Source: an uncultured Acidimicrobiaceae bacterium (GTDB lineage: Bacteria > Actinomycetota > Acidimicrobiia > Acidimicrobiales > Bog-793). From it: a stretch of 64,000 nucleotides of DNA. The translations under genes were made by a program, and so were the position numbers. Below, piece after piece: positions 32,772-41,273 of the stretch; the stretch's first letter is position 1, and the number at the start of each line of letters is the position of its first letter. The notes under the pieces were generated by a model. It saw nothing but the letters and a program-made list of their open reading frames with translations, had not been told where the DNA came from and did not search any database. Where the stretch lies: contig CAWDRQ010000030.1 of assembly GCA_963804765.1 (NCBI GenBank), forward strand, positions 155,705 to 219,704. The letters are read 5' to 3'.

Positions 32772-33652
32772 TTGCATTTACTGGACGTCCTCACCCTGTC
32801 GTCGCTCGACCGACAGCGCAACCACTGCTGTCAGCTCAGCGCGTCGACACCTTGAATGCCCGGAAACCTCGCGGCGGTGTTCAAGGAATGTGTCGTTCTA
32901 CAACGACCAGCGATCGAAGTGGGCAACATCTCGGTCCTCCGCCATCCCGCTAGTGTGCGGTCCGCCAACGTACCTCGCAAGTGCCCACCAACCCGAACTC
33001 CCGGCGGCATCTTGGGTGTGATCACGCCTCCGTACACAACGTGCCGGTTGTGCGCCGAGACGCCCGAACTCGCCGGCGTACTCGGTAGCGACGCCCGAGG
33101 GAGACACATAATGACACCCCGAATGACGATCCGAGCTCAGGGTCGTACCGCGCCAGATCGAAGGTTCCGGAGCGGCTTCTCCAACGGCCTATCCGGCCCA
33201 CGACGGCCAAGCGCAGACCCGCCAGCCGGAGATCGTTGACGTCGGCCCTCCGACACGAACGTTCCTCCTTAGCTCGGACGTGCACGACCGAAGCCGATCT
33301 ATTCTCGCGGACGTGGCCAAGTTCTTGAGCGTCTGGACCGAGAAACTGAGAGAAGAATCTGGCCGCCATTCTGCACCCGAACTTTCCGCCGACACGGACG
33401 CCTTTGGCGCGGTCATGTTTTACGTCGATTTCTACATCTCCGACTACGCAAGAACCCGACGAATCGCTAAGCACCGAGCAGCTCGGGTCGTATCGATTAC
33501 GTCTCTCTTCTCAGGGTTCATTGTCACTACTCATGCCCGCAATACGTTGGCGTCCTTACCGTAGCTAGGAACAGCGAGCTGAACCTAGACCGCACGGCCC
33601 CACTGGGACGCGTGCGCTACCTTCACTCAGGCCAGTCGATCAGGGGTCGCGC

Positions 33653-33673
33653 GGGCCGCGGATGGGCCGCGTG
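33653..33673. promoter_or_regulatory. Phased GGGCCGCG direct-repeat pair (candidate arm-type integrase site, rnpB-proximal arm)
   Basis: GGGCCGCGgatGGGCCGCGtg, 83 bp from the att core. It has the same orientation and 11-bp register as 21243-21263. An AACGATAA motif at 33697-33704 matches the arms of the integrase-leader palindrome. Confidence 0.5.
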
Positions 33674-33755
33674 ACCACCGCAAGCGCGTGATAATCAACG
33701 ATAACGAGTGACACGTGAACAACCTGGTCAGGGGGTATTTCTACCCATCTCACCA

Positions 33756-34140
33756 GGTGGTGATGGCGAGCCGGCCTGTAGGCGGGGTTCTGTCCGCCGG
33801 CCGGCAAGCCGGTACCGACGGGGTGGCCATCCATCTACGCGGCCTACCTGGGGACATCGGGCGGGCCACCCGTCCCACGTTTGGCCTTGCTCCGGGTGGG
33901 GTTTACCGAGCCGACCGGGTCGCCCCGGCCGCTGGTGCGCTCTTGCCGCACCTTTTCACCCTTGCCTGTACACGGCGTGCCGTGCCATCGGCGGTCTGTT
34001 CTCTGTGGCACTGTCCTGCGGGTCGCCCCGACTAGCTGTTAGCCAGCACCCTGCCCTGTGGAGCCCCGACCTTCCTCAGCCGGCTGCGGCGCCGAAACGC
34101 CACACCGGCCGCGGCCACCCGGTCGACTCGCCATCACCGG
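33756..34140 (-). ncRNA. rnpB: RNase P RNA, bacterial type A
   Basis: The minus-strand sequence contains the universally conserved blocks GAGGAAGGUCGGGGCUCCACAGGGCAGGGUGCUGGCUAACAG, GGUGAAAAGGUGCGGCAAGAGCGCACC, GGUAAACCCCACCCGGAGCAAGGCCAAA and ACAGAACCCCGCCUA. A 12-bp P1 stem forms between GGUGAUGGCGAG (5') and CUCGCCAUCACC (3'). The ends are accurate to a few nt. Confidence 0.92.
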
Positions 34141-34222
34141 CGCCATTCTCCCACGTCCCGGGCGCGGCAGTCACGGGCCTCCACAATGAGCAGAAATCCT
34201 CATCGTGTCACATGATGAGTGG

Positions 34223-34251
34223 TTGAATATCGAAAACATGAGTGTTATACT
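34223..34251 (+). promoter_or_regulatory. Candidate sigma-70-type promoter of hsp20
   Basis: TTGAAT-17 nt-TATACT lies in a locally AT-rich stretch about 50 nt upstream of the hsp20 start. It is followed by the 12-bp perfect palindrome ACTGTATACAGT (34271-34282) and AAGGAG. Confidence 0.5.
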
Positions 34252-34301
34252 GTCAGAAATAGTTATACGGACTGTATACAGTAAGGAGATGAGCAGTAGA
34301 G

Positions 34302-34733
34302 ATGATGCGTTTTGATCCATTTCGTGAGCTCGATCGGCTGGCGCAGCCACCCTGGAGCGCCCGGGCGTCTGTGCCGCTTGACGTCTACCGCAAGGGTGAG
34401 AAGTTCATCGTTCGTGTCGACCTGCCAGGAATCGACCCCGCGAGCCTCGATCTGACGGTCGAGAGGAATGTGCTCTCGATCAAGGCCGAGCGCACCTGGG
34501 CGCCCGCTGACGATGACGAAGTCCTGGTCGCGGAGCGTCCCCAGGGAACCTTCACCCGTCGGCTCTTCCTCAGCGAAGGCTTGGACGCCGACAAGATAAC
34601 CGCCCAATACGAGCACGGCGTGCTGACGGTGACGGTGCCGGTCGCAGCCTCGGCGAAGAGCCGCAAGATCGACATCACGCTCGGCGCCCCGGACGACTCG
34701 AACGTCCTCGACGTCCAGGCAACCTCGCACTGA
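34302..34733 (+). CDS. Hsp20/alpha-crystallin small heat-shock protein
   Basis: 143 aa: MMRFDPFRELDRL...PLDVYRKGEKFIVRVDLPGIDPASLDLTVERNVLSIKAER...GTFTRRLFLSEGLDADKITAQYEHGVLTVTVPV. This is the full ACD signature. Confidence 0.92.
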   Translation: MMRFDPFRELDRLAQPPWSARASVPLDVYRKGEKFIVRVDLPGIDPASLDLTVERNVLSIKAERTWAPADDDEVLVAERPQGTFTRRLFLSEGLDADKITAQYEHGVLTVTVPVAASAKSRKIDITLGAPDDSNVLDVQATSH

Positions 34734-34917
34734 CCTGCACACGCCCAGGCGTCAAAGCGCCTGGGCGCCCGGTCACGAGACCTGATATCCCCTCACCGGT
34801 GATGGACGCGAGGTCTCCCGTGCGTGCCCAGCTGAAAAGCTGAGGGTCCCGAGGGGCCCGAGCGTCGTCTCCCAGTGCGACGGGGCGAGTCTGAAGTGCG
34901 GCGGTCCGCGCCTGCGA

Positions 34918-35547
34918 TCACCCGAGACCGGCGAGGTGTGCCGTCTCGTTGAAGCTGACCAGTGCCGGACCGAACGAGTCACCCGTCGAGATCCGGCTGA
35001 TCGACGCGACGCCGAGCGACAGCCGCCATGACATCTCCGGCCCGCCACCAAGCGCCCAGGTGACGGCCGCCCTGATCGGCGACAGGTGGGTCACGACGAC
35101 AACGTCACCGCGGGCTGCCTCGGCCGCGAGCTCCTCACAGGCGGCAGTCACCCTGACCCTGACCTCCTCGAGGGTCTCGCCGCCAGGCGCGCGCCAGCCG
35201 GCGTCCGAACGCCAGCCTTCCCAAAGCCCGGGCGGGAGCTCCCACGGCAGCGTCCCGTCAAGCTCGCCGTAGTCGAATTCCACAAAACGCTCGTCGAGCT
35301 CCACGCGGGGAAGCGCGCCGGGTCCGAGCGTTCTCGCGTAAGCCGCTGCGATCGCCTCCGCAGTCTGCCCGGCACGCCGGAGCGGGCTCGTGAAGATGTG
35401 GCAGGCACCAGTGCCACGCGTCGCCAACACGTTGCCAAGCGCGATCGCCTGGCGGTGCCCAAGCTCGGTCAATGGCGAGTCGATCCTTCCTACGAGCAGC
35501 CCTACGGCATTGGCCTCGCTCTGGCCGTGGCGGACGAGGAGGAGCAT
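34918..35547 (-). CDS. Histidine phosphatase (phosphoglycerate-mutase-like) family protein
   Basis: 209 aa. The N-terminal LLLVRHGQSEAN is the catalytic RHG motif, followed by LTELGHRQA and a later VVVTHLSPIRA. Confidence 0.85.
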   Translation of the reverse strand: MLLLVRHGQSEANAVGLLVGRIDSPLTELGHRQAIALGNVLATRGTGACHIFTSPLRRAGQTAEAIAAAYARTLGPGALPRVELDERFVEFDYGELDGTLPWELPPGLWEGWRSDAGWRAPGGETLEEVRVRVTAACEELAAEAARGDVVVVTHLSPIRAAVTWALGGGPEMSWRLSLGVASISRISTGDSFGPALVSFNETAHLAGLG

Positions 35548-35553
35548 CGACTG

Positions 35554-36342
35554 CTAACTACCTGCCTGGTCGCTCGTGAGCACCAGTATTCGGCCGCACT
35601 GGTCGCAGTAGACAACCGAGTCCGGCGTGGCGCGGCGCAGCCTGTGCAACTCGCCTGCCGGCAGCAGCAGGTGGCAGCCACTGCACGCGCCACCCACGAC
35701 GTGGGCGGCGCCGATGCCGCCGAGCTTGGCCCTGAGACGCTCGTAAGACGCCGCAAGCTCGGGCGCTACGCGCGTGGCCAGCTGATTCCTAGCCGCACGG
35801 ACCACGGCTGCCTCGTCGTCGATCGCAGCCGTTGCCAAGCCGAGTTGCTCGCGGGCCAGAGAGAGCTCCTCGGCCGCCGAGGAAGAACTGGCCGTGAGAG
35901 CCGCCAGCTCCTGGTCCAGTGGCTCCAGTGCCTCCATGACCTCGAGCTCTTGATCCTCGATCTCGCGGCGAAGATGGGTGAGCGACGTCACCTCCTCCCC
36001 CATCGCCTGCTCGTCGCGGTATGAGCCGGCTCGCCCGGAGCGCAGCCGCTGTTCGATGGTCGCGATTCGCCCGCCGACCGCTTCCGACCGCTGATCGAGG
36101 GTCAGCTGCTGCAAAGCAACCTTGTCGCGCTGGTCTTGAGCTTCGGCGACGCGCGCGGTCAGCTCGGCGAGCCTCGCGGCGAGCTCGGAGACGGCGACAC
36201 GTTCGGCAAGCTCACGGCGTCGGTAGGCGAGGCGGTCCAGCGCGAGGTCTGCCTCTTGAAGCTCGAGCAGGCGCGCGAGCTGCCGAGTCGACTGGGCGGT
36301 AGGGACCTCGCTGTCGGGGGGCTCGGCGTCGCTCGTGGACAT
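35554..36342 (-). CDS. COG1579-type coiled-coil protein with C-terminal C4 zinc ribbon
   Basis: 262 aa. Long heptad-like regions are followed by the C-terminus CSGCHLLLPAGELHRLRRATPDSVVYCDQCGRILV. Confidence 0.7.
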   Translation of the reverse strand: MSTSDAEPPDSEVPTAQSTRQLARLLELQEADLALDRLAYRRRELAERVAVSELAARLAELTARVAEAQDQRDKVALQQLTLDQRSEAVGGRIATIEQRLRSGRAGSYRDEQAMGEEVTSLTHLRREIEDQELEVMEALEPLDQELAALTASSSSAAEELSLAREQLGLATAAIDDEAAVVRAARNQLATRVAPELAASYERLRAKLGGIGAAHVVGGACSGCHLLLPAGELHRLRRATPDSVVYCDQCGRILVLTSDQAGS

Positions 36343-36354
36343 CGCTGCTCGAGG

Positions 36355-37179
36355 CTACCGGCGCCAGGTCGCCCTGGCGGCGAGGAGCTCTGAGAGCAGC
36401 GCCGAGCTGCTGGCGGCCACGGGAGTCCGGCGACCGGAATGGTCCCGCACCACGAGGTCCCGTCCCGCGGCATCGACAACAGGCGCACCGGCCTCGGCAC
36501 AGACGAGCAGACCGCCTAGGTAGTCCCAACTTCCGTGCGCATCGCGCATGCAGTCGATGTACCCGTCCAAGGTCCCATCCGCGACCGCGCACAGGTCCAA
36601 CGCGGCGGCCCCGAGCGACCGATACCACCGCCAGCCGAGGTGACGGGGCGGGTACCCCGACAGTCCGATCAACGAGCGACCGAGCGACTCCACGTGAGAG
36701 GGCGCGATCACCTCGCCGTCGCGCCGTGCTCCGCAACCTCGCACCGCCTCGTAGCGGGTGCCGGTCGCCTGGTTCACCACCAGCGCGGCCAATGGCCCCT
36801 CCTCATCCAGGACACAGATGCTGGTGGCAAACCACGGGATGCGACGAGAGGCGTTCGTGGAGCCATCCAACGGGTCGAGAACCGCGAGCAGCGCCTGTTC
36901 CGATGCGCCTGGGCTCAGACCGGACTCCTCGCTGAGCACCCCGAGGCCGGCGCCGGTGAGAACCCGAACCGCCACAGCGTCCGCGGCGAGGTCGGACCGG
37001 TACTGTCCGGGGCGGGTCCCGGCCAGTCCCCAGTCGGTGAGCCCGCTCAACGAACCGGCGACAGCGTCGGCCGCTTCGCCGAGGACTTGAAGAAGCTCCG
37101 CTCCGTCCACACCACCGAACCGTAGCCTGCCGACCGCGCCTCGTCGCTCGCCTACACTTGCCTTCCAGATGGCCGTCAT
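36355..37179 (-). CDS. Inositol monophosphatase family protein
   Basis: 274-aa ORF; the true start may be internal. Motifs are VLSEESG and AVLDPLDGSTNASRRIPWFATSI (the DP(i/l)DGT-type motif), with a C-terminal WDYLGGLLVCAEAGA (WD..A). Confidence 0.8.
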   Translation of the reverse strand: MTAIWKASVGERRGAVGRLRFGGVDGAELLQVLGEAADAVAGSLSGLTDWGLAGTRPGQYRSDLAADAVAVRVLTGAGLGVLSEESGLSPGASEQALLAVLDPLDGSTNASRRIPWFATSICVLDEEGPLAALVVNQATGTRYEAVRGCGARRDGEVIAPSHVESLGRSLIGLSGYPPRHLGWRWYRSLGAAALDLCAVADGTLDGYIDCMRDAHGSWDYLGGLLVCAEAGAPVVDAAGRDLVVRDHSGRRTPVAASSSALLSELLAARATWRR

Positions 37180-37729
37180 CGACGTCGCCGGTTATGTTGC
37201 CGAGCTCAAGGATCATGCGGTCGACCACAAGTTCCACGTGCACGACGAAAGGCATTTCGTCGAGACGTACTCCCTTCGCCAGTTCTGGGAGGTCGACCTC
37301 CACCCCGAGGAGGGATGTGGCGGACCGATCGACTTGCACCTCGCTCTCGAGGTGGAACCCCGCGTGCTGCTCGACTTCGAGGACGCCGTTGTCGCTCTGC
37401 CCGAGGATGAGGACCCTCCCGACAAGTGGTTCTTCCCGCTGACTTTCAACTGGGGTGTCCCGCCACTGCCCAAGGGCCCCGACCTGCTAAGGCTCGCGAT
37501 CGACTTGGCGGGAGTCGGCGGCGTCGAGCTCCCACTCGAGATCTCTGCTACCGACTCGTTCGGCTCGGTGACCGACGCACCGGTCCGGCGTCTCACGATC
37601 GTCGCCAGGCAACAGGTGTCGCTGGCGCGGGTGCTCGCGGGCGAGGAGCTGCTCTGCGACACCTTCGACCGGGCGCTCGCCGTCACCCGTTTCTTCCTTG
37701 ACAATGCTCCGAATTGGCTCGGGGAATAG
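37169..37729 (+). CDS. Hypothetical protein
   Basis: 186-aa ORF with acidic, coding-like composition. It is divergent from the IMPase gene. No family recognised. Confidence 0.5.
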   Translation: MAVIDVAGYVAELKDHAVDHKFHVHDERHFVETYSLRQFWEVDLHPEEGCGGPIDLHLALEVEPRVLLDFEDAVVALPEDEDPPDKWFFPLTFNWGVPPLPKGPDLLRLAIDLAGVGGVELPLEISATDSFGSVTDAPVRRLTIVARQQVSLARVLAGEELLCDTFDRALAVTRFFLDNAPNWLGE

Positions 37730-38090
37730 ATCGGCGCGGCCGCGTGTGGTCGCCTGCTGCGTCATGCTCGCCTTAGCTGGCGGCGGCCTGTTCACCGGTT
37801 GCGCCAGTCAAGATGCCGCGCCACTTGCCAGGCAGGCGTGCACGCACGTCGAGCGCGCCCTGGCGGCGGAGCACGAGGCGGCCGCCGGCGGCGGCGCGCA
37901 AGCGGCGAGGCTTCAATCCGATGTGCTCGACCAAGTGCGTGCGGCCCTGCCGCTCGCGGCGCAGGCGGCGGGAGACGACACGACTTGGCAGCCGCTCGAC
38001 GCCACCTTGAGCGAGTCGAACCGCGTGCCGGTGCACTTTCTGCTCCCTGCTCTGGCCGCCCAATGTGCCGGCGTTGCTGGACAGGGCTGA
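37698..38090 (+). CDS. Putative lipoprotein
   Basis: 130 aa. A hydrophobic segment ends in the lipobox-like LFTGC, followed by an Ala-rich helical region. Confidence 0.4.
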   Translation: MTMLRIGSGNRSARPRVVACCVMLALAGGGLFTGCASQDAAPLARQACTHVERALAAEHEAAAGGGAQAARLQSDVLDQVRAALPLAAQAAGDDTTWQPLDATLSESNRVPVHFLLPALAAQCAGVAGQG

Positions 38091-38129
38091 GGTCAGCACC
38101 GGACAGACCGTGCTGGTCATTCCGACAGC

Positions 38130-39065
38130 TCAGCGCTCAGGCAGCTCCCAGAGCTTGATCCCACCGAGGATGCCAGCGACGTTGTCGACGATGGTCACCG
38201 ACGGGTCGACGTAGCCCGCCAGCAACCGCGAGTTGCCGCCTCCGATGTAGAGCCGGTCGTAATTGAGCAGCCTGTGGAAGTTGGTGAATGCCTCTGCGGC
38301 GCGCTTGCGCCATTTCTTGAGGCCGATCCTCCGCAAGGCCGCGTCGCCGATCTGCTGGTCATAGGTCTGGCCGTTGCGGAACGGATGGTGCGACAACTCG
38401 AGATGCGGCATCAGCTTCCCGTCCAGGAAGAGGCCAGTCCCGACTCCGGTGCCGAGCGTGACGACGAGCTCGAGTCCGGAACCGCTCACGACCTCCAGAC
38501 CCTGAAGGTCTGCGTCATTGGCGACGCGGACCGGATGGCCGAGACTTGTCTCCAACGCGCCAGCGAGATCGAACCCAGTCCACGCGGACAACAACTTGGG
38601 CACCACTGGCGCTCCGGCGGCGCCCGATCGAGTCACGAAGTGCGGCGCTGTCAGCACGACGCCCTTGCGGACGACACCGTTGAAGCCCACCGACACGCGG
38701 TCGAAGTCCGGGAGCGGGGCGACGAGCCCGGCAAGAGCGTCGACGAGGTCCTTGGGTGTGCACGGGTAGTGCGTAGGCACACGGACGCGGTCCGCGACGA
38801 GCTTGCCCGCCGCGTCGAGCACCGAAGCCTTGAGGCCGGTGCCGCCGATGTCGATCGCCAGAGTCGTCGGTCGCAACGGGGGCACGACGGCTGGTGCCGC
38901 CGGAGCGCCGGCTCTCTTCAGCGTGGCCGCCGCCGTTGCCTTGCCGGGTGTGCTACGGGCGGTCTCACGTCGCGTCGCCGGCCTTGCGGCGTCGTCCCCG
39001 ACCGGCTTGGCCTCAATCGGCACGACAGGTCCTGTTGGCTCGCCGGCGTCGTCCTCTCCTGTCAT
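38130..39065 (-). CDS. ppgK: ROK-family kinase, polyphosphate-glucokinase-like
   Basis: 311 aa. A disordered N-terminus is followed by LAIDIGGTGLKASVLD (the ROK ATP-binding DxGGT motif). Later stretches VGFNGVV, VANDADLQGL and LGTGVGTGLF are present. Confidence 0.75.
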   Translation of the reverse strand: MTGEDDAGEPTGPVVPIEAKPVGDDAARPATRRETARSTPGKATAAATLKRAGAPAAPAVVPPLRPTTLAIDIGGTGLKASVLDAAGKLVADRVRVPTHYPCTPKDLVDALAGLVAPLPDFDRVSVGFNGVVRKGVVLTAPHFVTRSGAAGAPVVPKLLSAWTGFDLAGALETSLGHPVRVANDADLQGLEVVSGSGLELVVTLGTGVGTGLFLDGKLMPHLELSHHPFRNGQTYDQQIGDAALRRIGLKKWRKRAAEAFTNFHRLLNYDRLYIGGGNSRLLAGYVDPSVTIVDNVAGILGGIKLWELPER

Positions 39066-40595
39066 GGGACCACCTTTCCTCCGGCGGCGCCCGCCGCCGG
39101 CGAGTTGAGCGGCTCATACGCGCAAAGGAGCTCGAGCAGCGTGCGAACCCCGAAACCTGTGGCACCCTTGCGGAGCTCGCCCGAGTCCTCGTCCGAACGC
39201 GAAGGGCCGGCGATGTCCAGATGGGCCCACGGCCGGTCCGCGACGAACTCCTGGAGCAAGAGGGCGGCAGTGAGAGCGCCTCCCCAACGCTTGCCCTGGT
39301 TCTTCATGTCTGCGACTTCCGAGTCGATGTCCGCCCGGTACGCGTCGGGAAGCGGGAGCTGCCAGGTCGGCTCACCGGCGCGCTCGGATGCCGCCTGGAC
39401 CGCCGAGATCAACCGATCGTCGTTGCCCATCAGCCCGGCGATCCTGAGGCCCAGGGCGACCACGCAGGCGCCCGTGAGAGTCGCGATGTCGATGATCGCG
39501 TCCGGAACCTCCTCGGCCGCGAGCGACAGACCGTCGGAGAGAACCAGTCGCCCCTCACAGTCGGTGTTCACGACCTCGATGGTCTTGCCGTTGCGGATCT
39601 TGAGAACGTCGCCGGGCTTGGTAGCGCGCCCGCCGGGCATGTTCTCGGTGCTGGGGGCGAATCCGACGACCCGGACGCCAACGCCGAGCGCCCGGCACGC
39701 GCCCAGCGTGGCGATCACGTCGGCGGCGCCGCTCATGTCCGTCTTCATCGTCAGCATGCCCTCGGGTGTCTTGAGTGAAAGTCCCCCGGAATCGAACGTG
39801 ATGCCTTTGCCGACCAGAGCGACGGTGGGAATGCTCCCGTCAGGTCGCCTTCGGGCCTGGGCCGCCGAGGGCTCGTAGACGAGCTTGATGAGCCGCGGGG
39901 ACTGGACCGAGCCCGCGGCGACACCGAGCAGGCCGCCTAGGCCGGCTTCAACGATCGCCGCCTCGTCGAGGATCGTCGCTTGGAGTCCTCCGCGCTCGGC
40001 GATCTCGACGGCCACCTCCGCAAGCTGGACGGGGGTGAGCGCACCGGCCGGCTCGTTGGAAAGGTCCCGCGCGAGCCGTGTCGCGTCCGCAATCACGCGG
40101 CCACGCTCGAGGCCGCGCTCGGCAGAAGGGACCTCGTCGGGTCGCGACGACGATCGTGAGCGACTCGAGGGGATCCGGATCGCCGGTGTGGTAACGCGTG
40201 TAGCGATACCGAGCCCCCCAGAAACCCTCGATCGCCGCTTCCACGGCCTGTTCCGCCCCGATACCGAGCTTGGTGATCCCGGTGAGGTCCAGCGCGACTG
40301 TCCTCGCTTCACCGGTGGAGACGGCGAATGCCGCCGCCGCCTTGCGCAAGATCGTCGCGCCGAGGTGCTCGCGATCGCCGAAGCCGAGCACCACGTCCAC
40401 CCGCCCGCCTTCGCCCGGAGCTACGAGCGTGTCACCAGGCTTGGCCTTGAAGCGCCTCTGCTCGCACCAAGCGGCATCCAGCTCGAGTCCGGGCCGCGCC
40501 GTCTCGAGGCCTTCGAGTGCGCCCCAGCCGACAGCCTCGACCCGATCGGGGGCGGAGCGGGCGACTTCGGTCGGGAGTGTCAGTGACGAGTGCAT
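39062..40595 (-). pseudogene. pepA: Leucyl aminopeptidase (M17), apparent +1 frameshift near 40140-40155
   Basis: The N-terminal domain frame (MHSSLTLPTEVARSAPDRVEAVGW...ESLTIVVA) switches to the catalytic-domain frame. That frame reads ...RVIADATRLARDLSNEP...VGKGITFDSGGLSLK...MKTDMSGAA...NTDCEGRLVLSD. The span is 1534 nt (3n+1). Confidence 0.85.
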
Positions 40596-40603
40596 GACCG
40601 CCA

Positions 40604-41167
40604 TCATGCCTCGCCTCGGGGGGCCTTCACCCGCCGAGCGCGGGCCGTCAGATGCTCCTGCTCGGATGAGCGGGCGAGCAGCCAGCACAGGTCTGACAGG
40701 CGATTCAGGTACCGCACCACATGCGAGCCGTCCTCGATGCCAAGAGCGACGGCCTTACGCTCGGCACGCCGGACGACGGTGCGGGCGAGGTCCAGCGCCG
40801 CACTGGCCCGGTTCTGGCCTGGCACGACGAACTCGGACGGCGTCGTGCCGGACGCCTCGAGCTCATGCACGCGCCGCTCCAGGTCATCGACCATCTCCCC
40901 TGTGACGAGCGTCTCACCCGCAACAAGCCTGGGCCTGTTGCGGGGTGCCGTAGCGACCTCTGCCATGACGACCCACAGGCCTCGCTCCAGGCCTGCAAGC
41001 TCGTCGTCAAGCTTCGAACCGCGTACCTCGGCCCGAGCCAGGCCGAGGGCCGCCTGCGCCTCGTCGATGACGCCGTTGGTCTCGATACGGGCCGAGTCCT
41101 TGCGTACTCGGTCGCCGTGGAGGAGGCCGGTGGTGCCGTCGTCGCCTCGTTTGGTCGAGATGCTCAT
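40604..41167 (-). CDS. PduO-type ATP:cob(I)alamin adenosyltransferase
   Basis: 187 aa from ATG 41167: MSISTKRGDDGTTGLLHGDRVRKDSARIETNGVIDEAQAALGLA.... This is the typical TkxGDxGxT start of PduO-type enzymes. Confidence 0.85.
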   Translation of the reverse strand: MSISTKRGDDGTTGLLHGDRVRKDSARIETNGVIDEAQAALGLARAEVRGSKLDDELAGLERGLWVVMAEVATAPRNRPRLVAGETLVTGEMVDDLERRVHELEASGTTPSEFVVPGQNRASAALDLARTVVRRAERKAVALGIEDGSHVVRYLNRLSDLCWLLARSSEQEHLTARARRVKAPRGEA

Positions 41168-41273
41168 CGGACCGCAGCGTACCGGCGATCTCCGAGGCGA
41201 CGATACCGACGAGGTGGCCGCAGAGGGTCCGAAGAACACGCAGGGGCCAGGTCGGCGTCCATAGACTCACCGT

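Larger units (their letters stand above)
29826..32849 (-). mobile_element. Mu/Tn552-like three-gene transposon (DUF6431 - DDE transposase - ExeA-like ATPase); ends tentative
   Basis: Three co-oriented, tightly packed genes. The proposed termini are TGTCGAGCGCG (29826) and the reverse complement of CGCGTCGACA (32849), giving a TG...CA element with only about 10/11 matching terminal bases. I could not see a convincing target-site duplication. Confidence 0.45.
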
